This document shows positions 1 through 11,330 of a DNA stretch of 64,000 bases, one piece after another. The stretch comes from Heterodontus francisci (taxonomy: Eukaryota). The position numbers and the translations under genes are program-made. How positions within the stretch are numbered: position 1 is the first letter of the stretch; every line of letters begins with the position of its first letter. The stretch lies in contig NC_090409.1 in the NCBI RefSeq assembly GCF_036365525.1, forward strand, positions 39,194,437-39,258,436, given 5' to 3'. Below the pieces are notes generated by a model, which was not told where the DNA came from, ran no database searches, and worked only from the letters and a program-made list of their open reading frames with translations.

Positions 1-343
1 AGTACTTCGCTCCCTCCTGACATCACTACCTCCATCCCACCCCCAGCAGTACCTCACTCCCTCCTGCCATCACCATCGCCATCCCACCCCCAACAGTACC
101 TCGCTCCCTCCTGCCATCACCACCTCCATCCCACCCCCAGCAGTCCCTCGCTCCCTCCTGACATCGCCATCCCACCCCCAACAGTACCTCGCTCCCTCCT
201 GCCATCGCCACCTCCATTCCACCCCCAGCAGTCCCTCGCTCCCTCCTGACATCGCCATTCCACCCCCAACAGTACCTCGCTCCCTCTTGCCATCGCCACC
301 TCCATCCCACCCCCAACAATACCTCGCTCCCTCCTGCCATCAT
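1..343. repeat. GC-skewed minisatellite (36-47 bp variable unit, agtacctcgctccctcctgccatcgccacctccatcccacccc), intron of gene A
   Basis: Tandem units visible; reverse-complement copy at 17595-18330. Confidence 0.95.
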
Positions 344-1578
344 TGCTGCCTACCGCAGCAGTCTACTCACCACTTGCTCCTGGCATCGCTGCTTCATTCC
401 CTCTGCCATCCCTCTGCTCCCCTCCCCTGCTTATCTTTTCTGTCTCTGTGCGAGGAAGAAAGGCAGCAATCGCGGGACGGAGTGGGGAGGCTGGAGTGAA
501 TGGCCCACAGATAGGTGGAGGTGTGAAGCGTGGAGTGAGTAGGTGGGGGGGTGGGTGGTGGAGGGCGGAGATGAAGCGAGGCTGGGGGTGAGCGGTGAGC
601 AGACATTGCAGTACACAATGATGTTTGAGCGTAGACATGAGTAAGTCCTGGTAAACCGGGTGCTGACGTAGACTGCACATGGGCAGCACTGTACGAACAG
701 CAAGACTCTGATCTGCACATGTGTGAAGCTGGGAGCTTCTGATGTTGGCAGTGGGTTGCGTTGTCAGCAGTCACTTTGTTTTATTTTATTCATGTTAGTG
801 GGATGTCTGCGTCACTGGCCAGGCCAGCATTTATTGCCCATCCCTAATTGCTGTTGAACTGAGTGGCTTGCTCGGCCATTTCAGAGGGCAGTTCAGAGTT
901 AACCATATTGCTGTGAGTCTGGAGTTACGTGTAGGCCAGACCAGCAGATTTCTTTCTCTAAAGGACATTCATGAACAAATCGACTGTTTTCATGGTCACC
1001 ATTATTCTAGCTTTTTATTTTAAATTACTGATTTTATTAATTAAATTCAAATTTCACCATTTGCTGTGGGTGGGATTCAAACCCCTGTCCCCAGAGCATT
1101 CACCTGGGCTCTGGAGTACTAGTCCAGTAACAGTCCCACTACACCCCACCAGTTCCCCATAGGCCCCAGGACTCCTCAGCATTGAAGTCAGTGGAAAGTA
1201 ATACTGATCCCATTGTAAACCAGCGTTCCATCCAATCCTGTGGTTTACCCAAACAGCAAATTATTTTAAATTCCTGCTCTATTTCAGCGGGCTGTTGGGT
1301 TTAATTAAAGGGAGGCTGCTGCTGGTCAGGGTCTGGTTATCTCCATTGGAAACCATGTATTGATCACATTGTGGGTGTGTAAGAAAGTCGAGCTGTGGGG
1401 TGGCTTCCTGTGTCTGTGGCTGTTTATTGGTGTTTAATCTCCCACATCCCTCCAGGACTAGAATTGACCAGGGATGTGTTTGCACTGGGGATGGTTCTGA
1501 AACACTAGGTGCTGACAGTCTCTGCTGTTAGTTTTGTTAGTGTGTCCCAGTCTGTTAACAGCTTCATTCTGTCTCTAG

Positions 1579-1699
1579 GTCCTGGACCCTCTACTGGATT
1601 GGTAGTTGGATTGGTCATCGCAATTCTGGTTCTTGTTTGCATAATTCTTGTTCTTCTTTGCATAATTCTGGTTTTCATAATCCAAAACCGACAAAGATG
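1579..1699 (+). CDS. Gene A transmembrane exon: (G)PGPSTGLVVGLVIAILVLVCIILVLLCIILVFIIQNRQR(W)
   Basis: tctctag acceptor and gtgagt donor; phase 1 to phase 2; hydrophobic stretch followed by basic residues; paralog of gene B TM exon. Confidence 0.88.
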
Positions 1700-2844
1700 G
1701 TGAGTTCCAGAATGATCTGCAGTTCCCATTGTTAATTCTAGTTTTGTTTTATTATATTTGGTGTTGTGGAAATGTTGTGTACACTGATACACTTTGTGCT
1801 GTGTAGGATGTTTCAATGCTGCATTATCCAGTCACTTCCAGCTTGTTGTCATCCTCTAGCTGCTGAACTGAAGGTGAAGAGCAGGAATGTGCGGCTCCCT
1901 CTATCACACAGTTAATAGACACTCGCCTAATCTCTGCAGCAAACAACTCACCAGCCTACACCTAAAATCCCCTTGTCCCCTCTCCTCTGACTTTTCACCA
2001 GCCTCTGATCCTTGCTCTGTTCCCCAGTCACTGACTCCATCCCCTTCCCTGGCCACTGTCTGAGGCTGAACCAGACTGTTCACAACCTCGGAGTCCTATC
2101 AGACCCTGAGCTGAGCTTCTGACTCCATATTCTCCCATCACTCAAATCCCACCTACCTCCGCTTCTGTGATGTACCCTGTGTCCACTCTCATCCCTTGAC
2201 CTGACCATCAGTGGTTTTGATCACTAACAATAAAATATGTTGCATTTCTCTGCCTCCCTCAACATCCACATCTCCCTGCCCATCTCTTGCCCATCTGCCA
2301 GTTGTGGGGGGGAAACTATTGCAGATTCTCTAACTCTGTCCTCTGACTCTTTTTTCCCCATCACAATATTTCTGCCTCCGTCAGCCTGTTTGGTCACTGC
2401 TGGGTCGGGTTTGATCACATCAGGGAATATCCTGTCCATCTGACTCCTCTCAATAATTCAGGATCAGTCTGGAGAGTCTGGACATTCCCAGCCTCCTCCT
2501 GTCTGATCTGATCCCCATCATCTTCAGCTCAGTGTTAACTGAGATCCTCATCAATTCTTCTTAATCTCCAATGTTGAGGTGAGCTGTCATTTTTCTATTG
2601 GTCTGGTTCCTCGGTCAGCACAGGTCCTGTGGAGTGTCCAGCTCTTGCCCATTGCCTCCTCTCCTCTGCACTCTGTGCTCCATCACCGTGCAGCTCCTGT
2701 GACCCATTTTCCAGCTGCCATTGGGGCCCAGGAGGTTGAGTGTAATTTAATCGGTCTGTGCTCCTGAACAGCTCCTTTACACACTTGTACAAAGTGTTGG
2801 ATTCTTTTAATGTAACCTGAACTCTGCTGTTTTTTCCCTCCCAG

Positions 2845-3013
2845 GAAAGCGAACAAACACAACATCAATCACAATGAAGCATCTAATGTCATCCCTTTGA
2901 CAGGGGTGACTTGTTTAGGTAGCAAGGTCCCATGTTTCACAACAGCACCTGAGCATCAGAATGGAGCAGCTGGAGAACAAAACCTTCTGGGGAACGGGGC
3001 TGTCCAGCACTAA
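2845..3013 (+). CDS. Gene A last coding exon, cytoplasmic tail: (W)KANKHNINHNEASNVIPLTGVTCLGSKVPCFTTAPEHQNGAAGEQNLLGNGAVQH*
   Basis: Polypyrimidine tract plus ccag acceptor; phase 2 matches the TM exon; open to TAA at 3011-3013; frame conserved in gene B despite a 6-nt indel. Confidence 0.8.
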
Positions 3014-3319
3014 CTGAGTTTACACTGCACTGAGCCTGGGTCAGGGAGGGAAAATCAGCCCAGTATTGTGGTTATCCAGTGAATCCTGGTGGAAAGTCTG
3101 AGATCGGGATCAACAATCACTTCCCACTCTGTACAAATCCCTCTGACCAGCAGAGTCTTGAGATAATCACCCAATGAAAGTTTTGTCCCGTTACTCGAAA
3201 ACCTGTCCGATTGATATTTCATTGTATCTCAGTATTACTGATACACACTGTGTCCAAACCCAGTCTCAGGAACACACAGGACCAACTTCAGCTGTGTAAC
3301 CCATTGATCACTCCCTGTG

Positions 3320-4470
3320 TGAGATGGTAACTTCCAAAGTATCCAAATGATGAGCGAGTGGTTTTATGAAAGTGACTCTGTTTTCCTAAATAATTTTTTT
3401 AAAAAAAGGAATTTCTAGTTAAGCTAAGTAAATGTTTTTTTAATGAAGAGGACAATGAGGGCTGATTGACCAGTGTTGCTCTTTGTCACCTGGCTGGGCT
3501 CGGCTTTGAACAGAAGCCATGGCAACAGAGGCAGAAATTGACAAGCCCAGTAACAACAGACAAGATCTGGGTGGGCAGAGAACTGCCAAGCTGTTTGGTT
3601 GTTCGTCAGTGCGTGTGTGATACCTTCTGGAAGGAGACAAAAGTCAAATGCTGCTGAAGTGCCAAAGAAGGACAGAAAAAGGAAAGAATTCCAAGGAAGA
3701 ACAGAAGACTACAACCCAGTGCTTTTACTTGCAACTCCCTCAAAGATTCTGAAGTTCAGTGTGTTAATTTGTCTTGTTCCTGCATTTCAACAAGGCCTGC
3801 TAATTTGCTTTTCAACACCGCCTGAAGAGAACTAATTCTGGAAGAATCCTTTTTAACAGTTGCTCGGACGTTGGACTGTCTGCAAGTTTGGTGCAGTGCG
3901 TCTCATCTGCTATTCTTTTAGGGTGGACACGTGATCTATTTGTGTTTTTGTCTGTAACAGAGCTCTAATCTAAAAATTCTTTTTATTTTTCCAGTTGACC
4001 GATATATGTATAAGAATATATGAACATATGAATTAGGAGCAGAAGTAGGCCATTCAGCCCCTTGAGTCTGCTCCGTCATTCAATAAGATGTGTTTGTGTC
4101 TCACATCCCACACTCCCATCTACACCTCCCCCACCGCCCCCCATAACCTTTGATTCCCTTGTCTAACAAGAATCTATCTGTCTCCACTTTAAATATATTC
4201 AATGATTCCGCCTCCACCACTTTCTGAGGCAGAATATATGTATATATGACTTTATTAAAAAAAAACTTCAGGTTGCATATTCAAAAATATGCTGGTATTT
4301 TTCTTTAGCTTTTTTTAAATAAAATTGTTAATTTTGGACTGTTAAGAGGGCTGGTTAGTGTGTTCTATTCTGGGGAATAATAGTGTGGGGAAACTTTTAA
4401 AGAATATGCTGTGACCTGTGGAGAAGTGGGACTGAATTAACAGTGCACACCTCCTGCTTTGGTCATATCA
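3320..4470 (+). mobile_element. Gypsy LTR (5' boundary approximate), interrupted by an antisense CR1 3' tail at about 4010-4230
   Basis: Ends ...ggtcatatca, followed by a degenerate tRNA-Pro PBS (tgggggctc at 4480) and gag; homologous copy at about 13650-14600. Confidence 0.7.
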
Positions 4471-4479
4471 ATATTTATT

Positions 4480-6810
4480 TGGGGGCTCTCTTTTTCCAGG
4501 ATAAACCAACGCTGACCAAGTTCAATTGTAAGTGGGTTATAATAATTGGAAAAGGGAATATAAAAAGAACCAGGTTTCGTGTGTCATGGAGTAACATTTA
4601 CACCACTGGAATGTCTTTAACAGCAGCTGCAACTTGTCTGGGGAAGGTGAATGTATCCCTCAGTGATTTGAGATACTTAACCAAGATGAAATTAAAGGAT
4701 TTGGCAGACCTGTTGACATTAGAGTTACAACCAGGGGCGAAGAAAGCAGGAATAATTGACATAATAGCCCTACATTTGAAATTGGAAGAAGAAAGCAAAC
4801 CAGAGGGTAATGCAGTTGAATTAACTAAAATTCAGTTACAGACAAAGCAACTGGAGCTTCAACAAGAAACAGAATTGGAAAAAACTTGAGGCTGAAGAAG
4901 AAATGTCAGTGGAAAAACTTGAATTTGCAAAAGAGGAAAGTGAAAAAGGGAGAGCATTTCAGAGAGAAAGAAAGAAGGGAATTTGAATTTTTTTTTAAAA
5001 GCTGGAACTAAAGTAACAGGGTGATCCTGACTCCAGGAAGAATCTAAGTCCAACCCAGGACACAGTGAAAAGCTGTTTAAATTGATACAAGCTCTCCCTA
5101 AGTTTGAAGAAAGGGACGTAGAGGTATTTTTCATTGCTTTTGAAACGATAGTTAAACAAGTGAAATGGCCAAAGGAAAGCTGAACACTGCTTATGCAAAT
5201 CAGGTTGATGGGCAGAGTTCATGAACTTTATGCCATGCTTTCTGCAGAGGCTTCCACAGATTGAGATGGTAAAAAAGGCCATTCTCACTGCGTACGAGTT
5301 AGTCCCTGAAGTTTACTGACAGAAGTTTCAGAACCTCTGGTGATTGGCTGGGCAGATTAACATAGAATTTGAGAGGGTAAAACAAATTAATTTTGATTGT
5401 TGGATACGAGCATTAAAGATGGAAACCACGTATGAGAACCTTAGAGAACGGATTCTCCTGGAAGAATTTAAGAATTCACTCCCTCCAGTTGTAAGAACTC
5501 GGGTAGAGAATCAGAAGGTTTCAACAGCCGACAGGCAGCAGAAATTGCTGCTGATTGAGTTTGTGTATAAACTCAAACCCTTTGTCCGTCACCTCCACAA
5601 ACCCAAGCAGGATAGGAGGTGGGAGAGTGAAAGGAAGGCAAGTAGCCGGGGACAAGAATGGACAGCTGGGAATGCACCAGGATCTCCTCCTTGGTCCAGA
5701 AAAGAAGATGCTGAGGGTGGGAGTGAGGTCCGCAAGCCTAAATGTTACCATTGTCACAAGGTGGGACATATTCGAGCAGATTGCTGGAAGTTGTGAATTA
5801 AACCCATGGGATTTAATACGGTGCATAAAGACAATGAAGAGAAAGAGGCCCTGACCGAGCATGTAGATCAGGCTGTAGTTCTGACTGCAGCTGTAAGGAC
5901 AAGTACAAAAACCACAGAGTGTAGGGGTTGTGAATAAGATACTGGAAATTCTTGTCAAAAGGAAAAGTAACTCTTATCCCGCGAGTGAGGCAGGCAAACC
6001 TATAATTATACTTAGGGATACAGGAGCCACCCAAACGTTTGCTGGGAAAAGGCATAAAATTTGCACCAGAGAGTGCACTGAATGCTAATGTTTTAGTGAA
6101 TGGTATTGATGGGGAGTGTATACCCCTACCTTAGAGTGTGATCTAATGTCTGGAATGGTAACTGTAGGAGTTGTTCATAGCTTGCCAGTAGACAGAGTTG
6201 ATCTACTCCTGGGGAAAGATTCCAGGACTTTTTCCTCGTGTAATAACCCGAGCAATGGCTAAACAAGTTCCATTGTCGGAGGTAAAATTGCCACCACAGT
6301 CAGGTAGTTGAATATATGAAACTATCTTTGGGGATTTAGATAATCCAAATGAAATATTTGATAAATCTTCTCTGATCACAGCTCGGCTAGCTGACCCAGA
6401 GTTGAAGAATGTGACACAAACAGCTCTATCAGAAGCTGAGGTAAAAGGAGTTCCAGAAGGCTCTGATATTGAAAATGGGATTGTGATGAGGAAGTGGAGA
6501 CCTTCTCACAGACCTGTGGATGAAGACTGGACAGTTCTTCATCAGATAGTGGTATCTCTAAAGTATCACCGGGAACTATTCAGGTTAGTGCGTGGGATTC
6601 CTCCAGCGGGACATATAGGGATCCGGAAGACCGAAACACATAGAAATCAACATTACTACTGGCCAGGTCATTCCAAGGACATGGTGCAGTTTTGTAAAAA
6701 GTGCCATACATTCCAGATTGTGGGAAAACCACAACCTGCCATAATTCCCATCCCAGTTATTGGGGAACCATTTAGTAGGGTGTTGGTAGACTGTGTAGGA
6801 CACTTAACAA
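4480..6810 (+). mobile_element. Degenerate Gmr1-type Gypsy internal region (gag/SCAN-like, zinc knuckle, protease, integrase N-terminus)
   Basis: LPKFEERDVEVFF, ILLEEFKNSLP, CYHCHKVGHIRADC, LRDTGA protease motif, then GHIGIRKT..C..C and PFSRVLVDCVG directly after protease (PR-INT order); stops and frameshifts. Confidence 0.85.
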
Positions 6811-6811
6811 A

Positions 6812-7060
6812 AAGTAGTAGAGTTGGTGAGGGGGAGCCAATGGATGTGGTTTATTTGGAATTTCAGAAGGCTTTCGACAAAGTCCCACATAAGAGATTAG
6901 CGTGTAAAATTAAAGCACATGGGTTTGGGGGTAGTGTATTGCGATAGATAGAAAATTTTTTGGCGGACAGGAAACGAAGAGTAGGGATAAATGGGTCTTT
7001 TTCCGAATGGCAGGCAGTGACTAGTGAGGTACCACAGGGATCGGTGCTCGGACCCCAGCT
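6812..7060 (+). mobile_element. CR1 LINE reverse transcriptase fragment
   Basis: MDVVYLEFQKAFDKVPHKRL and VPQGSVLGP motifs. Confidence 0.9.
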
Positions 7061-7084
7061 AACCAGTGCAAGCCTGATTAAAAA

Positions 7085-7440
7085 AACAGGTTTGCACTTG
7101 CTGCTGTTCAATATTCAGTCCGTTAACACCTAATCTGTACTAATGCTTTCTCTTTCAACACACCATTAACATATTGTTTGTCTTTGCTCCATGACCTTTT
7201 GGTCAGCTATGTGGCCTTGTCCAATCTTCACCTTCTCCTTTGTTATCTCTTGCCCCACCCCCACCTCACTTGCTTATAACCTGTGACTTTTCTAATATTT
7301 GTCAGTTCTGAAGAAGGGTCACTGACCTGAAACGTTAACTCTGCTTCTCTTTTCACAGATGCTGCCAGACCTGCTGAGTGGTTCCAGCATTTCTTGTTTT
7401 TATTTCAGATTTCCAGCATCTGCAGTATTTTGCTTTTATT
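7085..7440 (+). mobile_element. Penelope-like element 3' tail
   Basis: Same tail sequence that follows the GIY-YIG ORF at 28700-29446. Confidence 0.8.
7304..7340 (+). ncRNA. Minimal type I hammerhead ribozyme motif in Penelope tail
   Basis: AGTT-CTGAAGA-[AGGGTCACTGACCT]-GAAA-C-GT-T-AACT: both core boxes, stem II hairpin, stem I AGTT/AACT, minimal palindromic stem III. Confidence 0.7.
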
Positions 7441-8319
7441 GCTCCGTTTCTAGTTCAGCTTGGACCGCTGCGCCATCTAGTGCTGAACTCCTTTACTACA
7501 GGAACCGGACTCTGCGTTGATCTGTCCTCCCTCCCTTTGCTATTAATCTCCTCTGGGTCTGTCACCCTGCGACGATGAAGGGTTTTGATGGAGTAAAGAG
7601 GGAGAAACTTTCCAGGAAGGAAAGGAGGGAGACATTACACTGCCATCAAAAACTCTGCTGCCCCGTATCCTAACTCACACCAAGTCCCGTTTATCCAACA
7701 CCCACTTCCCCGCACTGTGCCATGTGAAACATCTTGTGATGTTCTATTACATTAAAAGTGCTATATAAATGCAAGTTGTTGTTATGTGAATACAAACTCT
7801 TCTCTCAGTTCCGCCTCATGGCCTGGAACCCAGCTGTCTCCAAGCTGGTTCTCACCCATCCCTGTTTTTGTGAGATTGTGACTCTGTATTTCTGTGGGAG
7901 AATTATCATCCTTTCATTATTCTTGGTATGAACACCATATCCCAGCCCTTCCAATGACCCTGTGGCTAAAGGACCATCTGGTGCCCTAAGGGAAAAGATC
8001 CCTCAGCCAGAGCAGCAGCTAATATTGATCTCAGTACTCTGAGTGAGAGGGGAATGAGTGGCTGGTGTTCCTGTCCTGATCCCTGTCTGGAAACTCCTGC
8101 TGGACATCAGGATCAGGCTGAGATGCAATGTTAAATAAGCTGCTGAATCTAAAGGAGTTGTTTAACAAGGCTCTGCTCCCAGCATCGAGCCTTCCTACAC
8201 AGTGAATGTAGCAACAGAGAAAGGGCCACAACACAGCAGGCCAAATATTCCAACCCTCACCTAGGTGAGTCCTTCCTGGTTTATTTATCAATTTTTAGCA
8301 TTTAACCTAAACACAAAAC

Positions 8320-9540
8320 AGATTATCTGGTCACTTATCTCTCTGCTACTTGTGGGAACTTGCTGTGTGTAAATTGGTGAGAAAGACACTGTATAAATGG
8401 GAGAAACTGAAACTGAATTTTACCTTTTGGAGATACATTGAACTGTTGGTTGGGGCTCTCTCCTCATGTTGCTCTGATTTGGAACATGTTTGACTGTCCG
8501 TGTGGCCTCAAGACACACGACTTTTAATGGAATCCATACTTCAGGATAAACTAGATCTTCCTCATTGTTGTGAGTGAGTTTACTTCAGTACCCAGGACAC
8601 ATTGATCACTCCATTTAGTTGCTGTTGGCCTTGTTTCAGTATCTGAGACACATTGAATGTCCTCAAGGCTGTGGCTTTTTCACCTCTATTATAATCCTCA
8701 CTTGTTACCTCTACCCCGGTGAGCAGAGGTGAGAATTCCAGTCTCTGAATACTGGGTTTACATCCAGCAGGGAACTGGTACCCGATGGGAGCGGAGAGTC
8801 AACCCACCACCCATTGTATCTACCCAGACTCTCCTGGTAGGGCGTTGTTAGTCAGGATAAGGACCTGTCTATATAAAGAAAGAGTCTTCCTTATGGAGCA
8901 CAATCTACTGGGTGTAAAAGCAGTGGAAGGAATCAGCTGCCTCATTTTAAAATGATATATTAATTCCTGAGATGTGGGTGTCACTGACAAGGCTGGTATT
9001 TATTGTCCATCCCGAGATGCCCCTTGTGAAGGTGGTGCTGGGTCTTGAACCATTTCAGTCCCATGTGGTGAAGGTGCTCCCGCGGTGCCGTTAGGGAGGG
9101 AGATCCAGGATTTTGACCCAGTGACGATGAAGGAACGGCCGATATATCTCCAAGTTGGGACGGTGTGTGTGTGACTCGGATGGGAACATGGAGGCAATGG
9201 TGTTCCCATGCTCCTGCTGCCCTTGTCCTTCTAGGGGAGGCTGGAGGTTGTGGGTTTGTGAGGTTTTATTGAAGAATGTGGGACTGGGAACAGAAGAGAA
9301 AGAAGACTTGTTATCCTCCTTGTCCTGTCACCCTCCTCTAGGAAACCTCAATCCCAGACAATAAATTCATTCATTAAATAAAAAACACCTTTACAATAAA
9401 TACAACTGCTTTTCCCATTCCAATAAACACTTTACCCCAATTATTCCTTCTCTGATATTCCTTACTGTGATTTGCCCCTCAATAAACTGAACTTTCTAAA
9501 TTTGGTCAGTGTGACCTTTCACCTCCTGACACCCTTTTCA
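8320..9540 (+). repeat. About 1.2-kb direct duplication, copy 1 (copy 2 at about 24960-26155)
   Basis: Near-identical sequence incl. ORFs 9000-9209 and 25621-25833. Confidence 0.92.
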
Positions 9541-9609
9541 ATTTCATTGTTTCGGATTACATTGGAGATACAGCAGAGAAACAGGTCATTCTTTTCCTCA
9601 ATTTTAAAT

Positions 9610-11110
9610 TATTCATTCTTGGAATGTGGGCACTGTTACCAAGGACAGCATTTATTGCCCATCCTTAATTGTCCCTGACAAGGTGGCAGTGAGCTTCCTT
9701 CTTGAACCGCTGCAGTCCACGTGGTGGATTTACACCCACAGTTCTGTCCTGTAATTTTGCTGTCGAGGTTTGATAAAACTGAGTGTCTTGCTCGGCCATT
9801 TCAGAGGGCAGTTAAGAGTTAACCACATTGCTGTGGGTCTGGAGTTACTTGTAGACCAGACCAGACCAGGTAAGGGCGGTAGATTTACCTTCCTGAAAGG
9901 ATATTAGTGAATCAGATGGGTTTTTACAACAATCGGTAATGGTCATCTTTAAACTAGCTTTTTAATTCCAGATTTAAGTGAATTCAAATTTCACCATCTG
10001 CTCTGGTGAGATTCGTAATTATCGAGTTTCCTATTATCACATTTCTATTCTTCTCTCCCCTCCCCTGGACAGCCTCCTGACAGGGCCAGTGTCTGCGGGA
10101 CCTCCTTCTCAACCTCTCCTAAATCCCCACTACCCAGCTCCGTATTAGTCACACCCTCCCTTTCCTGAACCTGTGTTTTCCTCTGGGGTGTATTCTGGAT
10201 AAAACCGTCCAGAAATTCCTCCCCCTCTCTTATGTGTCAGAGTCTCTCCAGCTCAATGACTCTGAGCCGGAGAGATTCGAGATGGAGACATCACCTGCAG
10301 ACGTGTTTGCTCAGGACAGTCTCGCTGTCCACAAACTCCCACATTCTGCAGTCCAGACACACAATCTGCTCTGCTATATCTTAAACTAGCCTTATTTTAT
10401 TTATTTAACTGAAGTCTTTAATCAATGATTATTTGTAATTTTATAACGTAGTTTAACACGTGAAATAATAACCTTAATACACTACTTATACTTTCCCAGT
10501 TCTATGTTTAAACCACTGACGTAGTTTAGAGAAAAAGAAGCCTTAAAACTCACTAACTAATCATTTACCTGTTTATCTAATTAATGCCTCTGGACTTCAG
10601 CTCTCTGGTCTCACTGTCTCCCGCTCCCACTCTCGGATCACTCCTTGTTTTGTGAAAGACCAGAACAGCACCTCTTCCCTCCCTGCGCCGAATTCCCTCA
10701 CTCACCAAATTGTCCGAGTGAAGTACTCTGTCGCAGCAGTACGCCATCGTGCTGGCCTCCATGCTGCTCACTTGGTGTGTAAGTAAAAACCAATTCCAAA
10801 GACCTGAGTCAGGCCCTGCTGACCGGGTAAGCAGTTCTAACTCGTCACCTCATTAACTAACCGTGTAGCGACATGAGGGGAGGGCGGATCTTTTTTGGGC
10901 AGCGAGTGTTTGGGATGTGGAATGCGCTGCCTGAGAGTGTGGTGGAGGCACATTCAATGGTGGCTTTCAAAAGGGAATTGGATAATGATGTGAAGAGTAA
11001 AGTTGTGCGGGGGCTAGGGGAGGAAAAGGCGGGGGGGGCAGTGAGACTAGCTGAGTTGCTCTGACAGAGAGCCAGCACAGACAGGACGGGCCGAATGGCC
11101 TCCTCCTCTG
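9610..11110. mobile_element. Nested SINE and CR1 fragments (SINE about 9610-10020, CR1 ORF1 5' fragment on - at about 10030-10400, CR1 3' end on + at about 10870-11110)
   Basis: 9780-10010 matches 860-1080; FFGQRVFGMWNALPESVVEA is a CR1 ORF2 C-terminus. Confidence 0.65.
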
Positions 11111-11149
11111 CTCTCACCATTCTCTCATTCCATTCACTTCAACCCCTTC

Positions 11150-11330
11150 TCCCTCCAACGGCTTCTGCTCGCGCCGGGGGGGGCGGGGTCACAGCCAGCC
11201 TCCCAATCAGCGGCCGAGCCGGACTGTCACTCAGCTCTCGCCCCGCCCCCCGGCCCCGCCCCTTGGCGGCAAGGGCTTCTCCTGGCGCCAGTGTGTCAGG
11301 CTCACACTGCCGAGTGTGTGTGTGTAAGCT
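11150..11330. promoter_or_regulatory. Small CpG island/promoter-like segment with GC boxes and a CCAAT box
   Basis: ggggcgggg, ccaatcag and two ccccgcccc in a CpG-dense patch. Confidence 0.55.

Larger units (their letters stand above)
1..4470 (+). repeat. Left arm of inverted segmental duplication (partner about 13650-18330)
   Basis: Reverse-complement identity throughout, e.g. ORF 971-1162(+) vs 16765-16956(-), 2237-2443(+) vs 15482-15703(-). Continues off the left edge. Confidence 0.95.

Noticed and set aside
2224-2868. Short ORFs in the TM-tail intron
   Set aside because: No recognisable domain, and TM and tail exons splice in frame without them.
2845-3013. ITIM/ITAM or acidic dileucine motifs in the tail
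   Set aside because: No tyrosine; EQNLL does not fit the [DE]xxxL[LI] spacing.
6402-6947. Integrase-RT fusion ORF
   Set aside because: Chance in-frame junction of a truncated Gypsy integrase and a CR1 RT fragment.
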